64,000 nt of DNA from Sedimentisphaerales bacterium (GTDB lineage: Bacteria > Planctomycetota > Phycisphaerae > Sedimentisphaerales > Anaerobacaceae), in the NCBI GenBank assembly GCA_034678485.1, contig JAXDBU010000187.1, positions 24 through 64,023 of the forward strand, given 5' to 3'. The translations under genes and the position numbers were made by a program. How positions within the stretch are numbered: the first letter of the stretch is position 1; every line of letters starts with the position of its first letter. Under the pieces are notes generated by a model that had not been told where the DNA came from, searched no databases, and worked only from the letters and a program-made list of their open reading frames with translations. This document shows, piece after piece, positions 57,801 through 64,000 of the stretch.

Positions 57801-59779
57801 GCGATCAGTTGTTCCTGGCGTGGGTCTGCGATGACCCTAACCGATCCGGCGTCAACCGTACGAAGCTCGTATTCAGCAGATCAGAGGACGGGAACTGGAC
57901 TGCACCTGGGCCGATCGATGATAATGGAGCCGCGGAGTCCTCGCCGCAACTGGCCGTGCTTGCGAATGGGGAGGTCCTTTGCGCGTGGGAGAAGGTCAAC
58001 AGAATCCTGCCAGACGGTGTGGACATGAAGGGCATGGCCTCGGCCATGGAGGTTGCCGTCGCCTCCTACGACAAGGCAACGGGAATCTGGAGCACGCAGG
58101 TGTTGACCGCCGACTCGCACATGGACCGAACTCCACGGATTGCCGGAGACAACAATAGAGCGATGGTCGTGTGGGTATACAATGACGGGGACGATTTCCT
58201 TGGTGAAGATCCCAACGCCCTCAACACGATTCGCTACAGCCTCTGGAACGGCAGCGCGTGGTCCTCGCCCGCTACGGCCGCCTCCGGAATCGGCTGCATG
58301 CTGAAGACGGCACTGGCCTACGACGGCACACAGGCCGTCTTCGTCTACAGCGTGGACCACGACTGGAACATGGCGACGGACACAGACCAGGAACTGTATG
58401 CCCTGGTCTACGACGGAACCCGGTGGTTGGCGCCCCGGCGGCTGACTGACGATGAAGTCCTCGACGCCAATCCGCAGGTCGTGTACGATGGGACTGATCC
58501 CCTCCTGGTTTGGTGCCGCCAGGGCCAGGTGGTCAGTTGCCGCAACCTGGACCCCAACGACTGTCGATTGGTTCTGGAGGCCGGTAATTCCTTCGGTCCC
58601 AAGGACTTCCGCATGTCTCTGGCCCCCGGTGGGCGGATCTCGCTGGTGTGGACCGGCATCTCTGCCCAGACTCAGGGTATCGACATCTTTGCCGCCTTAT
58701 ACGACCCCTCGCTTGATCTCTGGAGCAATCCTCCTACACTGACCGCGGATAGCGACAAGGAAAGAGCACTGGCCGTCACGTTTGTGGGTCCCGATGAACT
58801 GGCACTGATCTACGACAAGGACAGGCTCAGGGCCGATGAGGACGGGATCCCGGAGGCCTATCAGACGGACCTGTGCGTGCTGCGCCACAGACTCGGCAGG
58901 GACTTGGCGATCTCGCCGGAGGATATCTCCGTCAGTAAGCCCGACCCCAACAACGGCGATCGCGTCCAGATCACGGCCATCGTTCACAACCTGGGGGACG
59001 CACCGGAGGTCAACGTGCCCGTGCAGTTCTTCTACGGCGAGCCGGGCGAGGAGGACGAGTTGATCGCCGATCAGACCCTCCCAGGGCCGATACCCGCAGC
59101 CGGCCAGGAAACGGCATCCTTCACCTGGACCATACCACAGGCTGACCGTGTGACTCAACTGTGCGTCGTGGTCTTCGACACGGCAGACCCGCAGACAGGT
59201 CAGCCCGATCGCAACACGATCAACAACCTCGCGTGCGTCCCGGTGAGGGTCCCGGATCTGACGGTGGAGTCCGTGTCCGTGGAGAAGACCGACTACAAGA
59301 TGCGACGGGTGGTCGCGAGGATCGCCGACCTTGAGCCCGTCTCGGCCCGGGACATCAAGGTCACGATCCGCAGGGATTCTCCCGAGGGCCAAGAGCTGGC
59401 GTCCATGACCATCCCGACCCTCGGCGCCCAGTCCGTTGAGGAGGTTTCGTGGGATTGGGACATCACGTCTCTGTCCTTCGATCGCCACGAGGTCGTCCTG
59501 TACGTCATTGTGGACCCGAGCCAGACCGTGACCGAGGCCGACGAGAACAACAACACGGGCATGGCCCTCGTGCACGTGAGCAAGGCAGGCGACATCACCG
59601 ACGATGGCAGCATCGACGGGATGGACATGTTCTATCTGACGAGACACTGGCTCGACACCAGTGCGAGCCCGGATTGGGTGCCGGGCTGCGACGTGGATCA
59701 CAACGGCCGCATCGACGCCGCGGACCTCGCGATCCTTGCCAGAAACTGGCGATGGGAGGCCGCATGGCACACGGAGTGA
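54851..59779 (+). CDS. Giant secreted multidomain protein (1,642 aa): CARDB - PASTA - 3x Fn3-like - unknown - BNR/sialidase-like propeller - 2x CARDB - dockerin
   Basis: GAAAGGG RBS and signal peptide MKTTRIRVPVLLALSLAAAGGLGPLATASA. PASTA is VIVPNVVGKDEESAIGAIKVAALVVGVTTRRCSDTVAVGNVISQSPAAGTKVMSGSGVSLVISTGP. Fn3-like units carry CQYRFRY. The C-terminal dockerin repeats are GDITDDGSIDGMDMFYL / CDVDHNGRIDAADLAILARNW. Confidence 0.85.
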   Translation: MKTTRIRVPVLLALSLAAAGGLGPLATASACPNSAANLVILLGPHMLTVGPDLCDGGVEYGFDPQTVSTGEQIHILGRIKNTGTVTVSANTFRVGWYASADTTIDPAVDYQIGDLGTFPKAIEPGSFYRFDVQRLVNVPPGTYYVGWIIDCTNAVAETNESNNTVCIKTPRLTVHAAEVIVPNVVGKDEESAIGAIKVAALVVGVTTRRCSDTVAVGNVISQSPAAGTKVMSGSGVSLVISTGPCQVETQAATDITCSSATLNGKVVADGGAVCQYRFRYKRWDSPTYSETSPTGSKRTGETFSQAITGLTPRTQYRFAARVSNGTCESDWGTELRFTTPTSPTVTAGAATNITAHGATLHGTLVDDGGQTCQYQLRYKTRNGSYTESKWTGSLGGWNVHFSMTLSKLNPGTRYYFSFRARNDSCEGAWSDELSFVTLAVTKPTAAMVDVTNVLERSATFAGNIVDDGNEPCQYRFRYTWRPLLRIMQGVTPETYTSWTGAKKDGESFSEDITTLGPNTPYTVTVQARNSAGEGPWSTPVSFTTLAIPVITDIRSIHFSPITRDWLHPSRHAYYLDGVPLTEQITVAVDWHGATPGKIEWKTPKGTYETLATEVSRSFNMGSDFGAGGKLVVKAVPSDAPGARESAPVTANFTVIPPPPGIPTNLLSQDPLTVAQSVNKYVGQFTASLLNESDPLAEIWITSEAQIQVIVMDGCAQYRPLFPFPLLKIHAAGEQINWLLWTFRCESFYTDGQWQTEGYLESSLLPGDPETSYKREWELLSLDIPIPVGPVPVAVSVDVTESLSSYIVGDIVGWPQGQSPTLAGGMRVFHATEGTATATVVGLFGNGTSIRVADRWCKHLPGGQINTCVRLQIEPVFCIFGCFDISTPSIWIPDSGPCCTPSTLTAQSVGPAALTTRANEFRLMARDDLGSDYARWLSLNPAGNSQGRNLTILSAADGAPGEAGGEQVLQTNVFSESRPSITADGDQLFLAWVCDDPNRSGVNRTKLVFSRSEDGNWTAPGPIDDNGAAESSPQLAVLANGEVLCAWEKVNRILPDGVDMKGMASAMEVAVASYDKATGIWSTQVLTADSHMDRTPRIAGDNNRAMVVWVYNDGDDFLGEDPNALNTIRYSLWNGSAWSSPATAASGIGCMLKTALAYDGTQAVFVYSVDHDWNMATDTDQELYALVYDGTRWLAPRRLTDDEVLDANPQVVYDGTDPLLVWCRQGQVVSCRNLDPNDCRLVLEAGNSFGPKDFRMSLAPGGRISLVWTGISAQTQGIDIFAALYDPSLDLWSNPPTLTADSDKERALAVTFVGPDELALIYDKDRLRADEDGIPEAYQTDLCVLRHRLGRDLAISPEDISVSKPDPNNGDRVQITAIVHNLGDAPEVNVPVQFFYGEPGEEDELIADQTLPGPIPAAGQETASFTWTIPQADRVTQLCVVVFDTADPQTGQPDRNTINNLACVPVRVPDLTVESVSVEKTDYKMRRVVARIADLEPVSARDIKVTIRRDSPEGQELASMTIPTLGAQSVEEVSWDWDITSLSFDRHEVVLYVIVDPSQTVTEADENNNTGMALVHVSKAGDITDDGSIDGMDMFYLTRHWLDTSASPDWVPGCDVDHNGRIDAADLAILARNWRWEAAWHTE
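54995..55585 (+). repeat. CARDB+PASTA module, copy 1 of a ~590-bp dispersed repeat
   Basis: Three 60-nt blocks compared by hand with 60720-61310 gave 56/60, 57/60 and 53/60 identities. Confidence 0.75.
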
Positions 59780-59810
59780 TCCCACTGGACAGTTCCTTGA
59801 TCTCGCAGGA

Positions 59811-59885
59811 GTCGCCGTGGGTACAGACCGCTTCGCGGCAGAGAAACCGAACCACGAAGCACAATCCTTGTGAAAGGGTCGAGAT
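59811..59885 (+). promoter_or_regulatory. Conserved 5' leader, copy B (upstream of 59886)
   Basis: See copy A. The stem is 59830-59835 (GCTTCG) / 59855-59860 (CGAAGC). Confidence 0.4.
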
Positions 59886-62800
59886 ATGAAGACGACACAA
59901 ATCCGGATGAGGGTCTTGCTGACATTGAGTCTCACGGTCGTAGGCGGCCTGGCCCCCCTGGTGAGGGGCGAACTGTGCACAGTGCCTTTTCGGTGCCGTG
60001 TGGACAGTGTTGAGGAGGAGAACTTGGGCTTGCATGATATAGTCGCGGGCGATGAATTCACGGGCAGCTACACATTCGACACCGCCACGCCCCCGTCGGG
60101 TTACCCTTCTCCGGGAGTCCCTCTCTACGTGTTCAGCGGTCCGCAGCAGCGATTTATCGTGTCTGTCGGGCCCTACACATGGCGGTCGAAGGACTCCTGG
60201 AGCTGCCGCGTCAGCGATGATGCCACGTGCGAAACCTGTGCCGACTACTTTCTGAGCGGCGCACAAGGTTGGGACTTGTTCGACCTTGAGCAGATAGCGG
60301 GTCCTGCCTTGCCGGCAGGTGCGACCAGCACGGTCGGTTGGGAGCTCGTGTCGAGGACGCACCCATCTGCGATCACGAGCACCGAAATGCCCCGGATCTT
60401 CCCGGACGCGAGCCTGTTCGAAGCAGACAATCTCCTGATTGTTAGCGTCTGCAGCAGTGGCTCGGCGGCCGTCCTGGTAAAGGCCCACTTCATCGCCCTT
60501 TCTTCCCGGACCACTGTTCCGAACGTAGAACAGATCGCGGAATCCGACGCCGAATTGGTAATCAAGGGCGCCAGACTGGTGGTGGGGGCCAAGACCTCCG
60601 AGTGCAGCGATACCGTGGCGAAGGATAAGGTGATCAGACAGAGCCCTGCGGCGGGGACTACCGTTTCCCCAAACTCCGCGGTGAACCTGGTGATCTCGTC
60701 TGGGTGGTGTCCGGTTACCGTGGGGCCGGACCTGTGCGACGGCGGCGTCGAGTACGGTTTGGATCCCCAGACGGTGAATACCGGAGAGCAGATCCATATA
60801 GTGGGCCGCATCAAGAACACAGGCACGGTAAGGGTAAGCGCCAATACCTTCGAGGTCCGCTTCTATGCCTCGGCTGACACGACGATCGATCCGGCTGTGG
60901 ATCATCAGATCGCCGGGGGGACGTTCCCCAATGCGATTGAACCTGGGAATTTTTACCGCTTCAATCTCGCAGCGCTGGTCAACATCCCGCCCGGTACCTA
61001 CTACGTAGGCTGGATCATCGATTGCACCAATGCGGTGGCTGAGACCAATGAATCGAACAACACCGTGTGCATCACGACCTTCCGGTTGACCATTCGTGCC
61101 ACGAAAGTCACCGTTCCCAATGTGGAGGGCAAGGATGAGGCATCCGCCATCGAGGCGATCAAGGCGGCGGCGCTTGTGGTGGGCGTGACGACCCGCAGTT
61201 GCAGCAATACGGTGGCGGTGGGAAATGTGATCAGCCAGAGCCCGCAGGCGGGGAGTTCCGTCGACTCCGGCTCGACAGTGAACCTGACCATCTCTACCGG
61301 GCCATGTCCTGTGACGGTACCCAACGTGGTGGGTAAGACGGAAGCCCAGGCCGGCGCCGCGATCGGTTCGGCCGGACTTGTCGTGGGAGCCAAGACCTCC
61401 CAGTGCAGCGATACGGTGGCAGCGGGCATAGTGATCAGCCAGAGCCCTGAGCCGAACGCTTCAGTTCCTGCCAATTCAGCAGTGAGCCTGGTGATCTCAT
61501 CCGGGCCTTGTCCCAAGCCGAACCTGGTAGGCACCGGGTGCACCTTTGGCCCGAGCTTCATGGTGAAGCCGGGAGACCGGGTCACTGTGAATCTGATCGT
61601 GTCAAACGACTCCAGCGTGGCCTTCCAGGGGGACATCACGGTTGAATTCACGCTGTCGGCGGCCGGAGACAGCCCCATTTCCCTGGGATTGGTGACCGGG
61701 CGCAATGTGTCCATCGCAGAGGGTGGGACGACCAGAATTAGTTGGGAGGGGGCTCTGCCCAGCAATCTGGCCGACGGCGAGTATTCCCTGTGCTGGATCA
61801 TGAGCACGCCGGTGACTGAGAGCCGCGGAGACGACAACAACGGCTGTGAGCCTATACTTCTGAGTGTCAGTTCGGCTCAGGTTGTCCAAGGGTGTTACAG
61901 GGAAGGGAGTACCCCGCCGCCCGGGCTGATCATCCAACCGTCCAATCCCACGTCTCTCGATGCGATCATGGTGATTGTTCCAACGCCCGTGTTTAAGAAC
62001 CTGAAGGAGGCGTGCCAGACCCTGGGTGATCCGAAGGCATGCATCGACACGACGACCAGGACAATCACGCTGTATTTTGAGTCTGTTTGGCCTGGGGCGG
62101 TCCCCGATATCGAGTCTCCCTTCTGCGCGATCGAGGTCGGCGTTGACCTATTGCCGGTGGGCCAATGGCGGTTTGTGGCCCAGGTGCTGGACCGGGCGTT
62201 CGACGAATCGTTCGAGGTGAAGGAGCCCGTTCCGGCCGGCGCGATCGTCTATGTCGATTGCGATGCGACTGGGGCCGACGATGGTACGAGTTGGGAGAAT
62301 GCCTTTGTCACGCTGCAGGATGCCCTGGCTTCGGCTCCGGCCGGCTCGGAGATCCGCGTGGCTGAAGGGACATACCGGGCGGACTCGATGTTCGAAGTGA
62401 AATCCGGCCAGGCGGTCCTCGGCGGTTTTGCGGGCGTCGGGGCGCCGAGCCCGAACCTCCGCGCCATCGTGGGCCAGCCGACCATCCTGAGCGGCGACTT
62501 GAACGGCGACGATGCCGACGTACCCGACGTGGCTCAGTTTGATGGTGAACCGACCCGATCGGAAAACAGTCCGGCCATCGTGAGTCTTCAGAGCGGAGAC
62601 AACACGGTATTCTCGGGCTTTACTGTCCAAGGGGCCCAGCGCAGTGCGTTTGAAACCTTTGCGTTTGCAGTCAATGGTGGTAGTCCGACGATTAGTGATT
62701 GCGTCTTCAAAGATAATACGAGCCCTACTGTCTGGAATAGAAGTGGTAGCCCCAGCTACACGAATTGTGCCTTCCAGCACAATTATGGGGCCGGCATGCA

Positions 62801-64000
62801 TAACGACCACAACACTAGCCCCTTGGTGAAGAATTGCGCCTTCAGTGACAACACGGGAGAGGGTGGTGGGATGCGCAACATCAGCAGCAATCCGACCGTG
62901 GACAGTTGCACCTTCAGCGGAAATCGCTCAATGTATACTAGCTGTAATGGTGGCGGGATATACAGTTACGAAGGCACTCTGATAGTGACCAACTGCACGT
63001 TTAACGCAAATAAGGGCATGGGCATGGGCGCGGGTGGCGGATTGTACGTCAGCAAGTGCGCCTCGACTGTGTCAAACTGCAGGTTCACTGGAAACGCCGC
63101 CCATGTTGGCGGTGGGCTGTATAGCGACGGGGGCTCTCCGACCGTAAACGATTGCACGTTTATAGGAAACTCCGCTACCAGCGCCGCCGGCGGAATGTAT
63201 ACCTGCGCCGGTTCGACCGTGACCAACTGCACGTTCAATGGGAACTACTCAGCCCTTGAAGGCGGCGGGATGGTCGTTCTTGATGGCTCGACGGTAACTA
63301 ACTGCACGCTTAGTGGGAACTCGGCCGGTGAAGGCGGCGGGATGACCACTTACGGCAGTCCGGCGGTGACCAACTGCATCATCTGGGCCAACACGGGAGA
63401 TCAGATACTCAGCATTAACCCAGATCCCACCCTGTCGCACTGCTGCGTCCAGGGCGGCTGGTCCGGCCCGGGCGACAACAACACGGATGAAGATCCGCAG
63501 CTCGACGCCGATGGCCGGCTCTCTGCCGGTTCACCCTGCATCGATGCGGGCGACAATGCCGCCGTCACGGACTCGACGGACTTGGCCGGCGATCCTCGGA
63601 TCGTCGATGGCGACGGCGACGGCGCGGCCATCGTGGACATGGGGGCCTATGAATTCCAGGCACCTATGATTCGTGTCACTGTCCCGGATGTCGTGGGCAT
63701 GACGCAAGCGGATGCGGAATCGGCCATCACCTCCGCCGGCCTCACGGCGGGTACGGTCGCCACAGAATACAGCGATACCGTCGGACCTGGCCTGGTGATC
63801 AGCCAGTCTCCGGTCGCGGGCTCCCAGGCGGACGCCGGCTCAGCGGTCAACCTGGTTGTGTCTCTTGGACCTGGGTCTGGGGAACGCCTCGTGGCGCATT
63901 GGAAGCTGGATGAGGCCAGCGGCAGCACCGCGCACGACAGCTTCGACAACGGCTATCATGGGACGCTCTACGGCAATCCCCAATGGCAGCCGGAGGCGGG
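59886..64000 (+). CDS. Giant secreted multidomain protein, 3'-incomplete (at least 1,371 aa): unknown N-domain - PASTA - CARDB - 2x PASTA - CARDB-like - Pmp-like beta-helix - PASTA - LamG...
   Basis: Absent from the ORF track, which lists no ORF without an in-window stop. I translated all 1,371 codons by hand and found no stop. It starts MKTTQIRMRVLLTLSLTVVGGLAPLVRG and ends ...ERLVAHWKLDEASGSTAHDSFDNGYHGTLYGNPQWQPEA at the window edge. Confidence 0.8.
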   Translation, partial: MKTTQIRMRVLLTLSLTVVGGLAPLVRGELCTVPFRCRVDSVEEENLGLHDIVAGDEFTGSYTFDTATPPSGYPSPGVPLYVFSGPQQRFIVSVGPYTWRSKDSWSCRVSDDATCETCADYFLSGAQGWDLFDLEQIAGPALPAGATSTVGWELVSRTHPSAITSTEMPRIFPDASLFEADNLLIVSVCSSGSAAVLVKAHFIALSSRTTVPNVEQIAESDAELVIKGARLVVGAKTSECSDTVAKDKVIRQSPAAGTTVSPNSAVNLVISSGWCPVTVGPDLCDGGVEYGLDPQTVNTGEQIHIVGRIKNTGTVRVSANTFEVRFYASADTTIDPAVDHQIAGGTFPNAIEPGNFYRFNLAALVNIPPGTYYVGWIIDCTNAVAETNESNNTVCITTFRLTIRATKVTVPNVEGKDEASAIEAIKAAALVVGVTTRSCSNTVAVGNVISQSPQAGSSVDSGSTVNLTISTGPCPVTVPNVVGKTEAQAGAAIGSAGLVVGAKTSQCSDTVAAGIVISQSPEPNASVPANSAVSLVISSGPCPKPNLVGTGCTFGPSFMVKPGDRVTVNLIVSNDSSVAFQGDITVEFTLSAAGDSPISLGLVTGRNVSIAEGGTTRISWEGALPSNLADGEYSLCWIMSTPVTESRGDDNNGCEPILLSVSSAQVVQGCYREGSTPPPGLIIQPSNPTSLDAIMVIVPTPVFKNLKEACQTLGDPKACIDTTTRTITLYFESVWPGAVPDIESPFCAIEVGVDLLPVGQWRFVAQVLDRAFDESFEVKEPVPAGAIVYVDCDATGADDGTSWENAFVTLQDALASAPAGSEIRVAEGTYRADSMFEVKSGQAVLGGFAGVGAPSPNLRAIVGQPTILSGDLNGDDADVPDVAQFDGEPTRSENSPAIVSLQSGDNTVFSGFTVQGAQRSAFETFAFAVNGGSPTISDCVFKDNTSPTVWNRSGSPSYTNCAFQHNYGAGMHNDHNTSPLVKNCAFSDNTGEGGGMRNISSNPTVDSCTFSGNRSMYTSCNGGGIYSYEGTLIVTNCTFNANKGMGMGAGGGLYVSKCASTVSNCRFTGNAAHVGGGLYSDGGSPTVNDCTFIGNSATSAAGGMYTCAGSTVTNCTFNGNYSALEGGGMVVLDGSTVTNCTLSGNSAGEGGGMTTYGSPAVTNCIIWANTGDQILSINPDPTLSHCCVQGGWSGPGDNNTDEDPQLDADGRLSAGSPCIDAGDNAAVTDSTDLAGDPRIVDGDGDGAAIVDMGAYEFQAPMIRVTVPDVVGMTQADAESAITSAGLTAGTVATEYSDTVGPGLVISQSPVAGSQADAGSAVNLVVSLGPGSGERLVAHWKLDEASGSTAHDSFDNGYHGTLYGNPQWQPEA
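60720..61310 (+). repeat. CARDB+PASTA module, copy 2 of the ~590-bp dispersed repeat
   Basis: See 54995..55585. Confidence 0.75.

Noticed and set aside
54995-61310. A diversity-generating retroelement (template/variable repeat pair) as the explanation for the ~590-bp near-identical modules.
   Set aside because: The differences are not adenine-specific (T/C, C/G and G/A changes were seen in the sampled blocks). No reverse transcriptase is in the window, and both copies are full coding modules.
54049-61840. Minus-strand ORFs 54049..55155, 58697..60061, 59595..60905, 60245..60844 and 61001..61840, some of which resemble each other.
   Set aside because: Their mutual similarity only reflects the duplicated plus-strand CARDB/PASTA module and leader. 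The plus-strand frames carry the recognisable domains.

Overview
This is a GC-rich (about 60% by eye) bacterial chromosomal segment with no rRNA, no intact tRNA and no CRISPR array. All family and domain calls come from reading the translations from memory; no searches were run. The gene content (several type-I sulfatases, an ECF sigma/Ser-Thr kinase pair, giant secreted CARDB/PASTA/dockerin proteins, Pmp-like beta-helix repeats, DUF4239, a multihaem-TPR fusion) suggests Planctomycetota or the wider PVC group; that is an inference.

Layout:
- 1-2.7 kb: C-terminal end of an FAD oxidoreductase, then a small AT-rich cassette with an untracked 47-aa RHH ORF that has truncated the 5' end of a DUF481 OMP pseudogene.
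- 2.8-9.9 kb (minus strand): lipoprotein-like gene followed by a ~1,860-aa DUF748/AsmA-like envelope protein.
- 10.1-11.4 kb: YihY-family membrane protein.
- 11.5-13.6 kb: mobile-element graveyard (internally deleted integrase, IS66 tnpB/tnpC remnants, 11-nt iterons, a tRNA-Phe 3' fragment, a second integrase fragment).
- 13.9-33.5 kb: about 20 kb of co-directional plus-strand genes. These are a 1,685-aa LamG/beta-propeller/Y_Y_Y hybrid histidine kinase, a sigma-54-type response regulator, a candidate -24/-12 promoter, a sulfatase/HAD/OMP/OMP/sulfatase block, three small envelope proteins and an Mla-like ABC system.
- 33.5-47.6 kb: AAE-family transporter, a 1-kb gene-free region, a second sulfatase+OMP copy, two DUF4239 genes, an octahaem-HEAT-TPR protein, a Cache-HAMP-PP2C phosphatase with a STAS partner, and a Tat-signal FucI/AraA-like protein.
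- 47.8-49.2 kb: a decayed IS element with 25-bp terminal repeats.
- 49.3-64.0 kb: an ECF43-like sigma factor and a TPR/PD40 Ser-Thr kinase, divergent from three tandem paralogous secreted-protein genes. The last of these (59886 to the window end) is absent from the supplied ORF track because it has no stop codon inside the window.

The ECF/kinase plus PASTA-giant locus and the propeller-sensor/sigma-54/sulfatase locus are the best candidates for something new.
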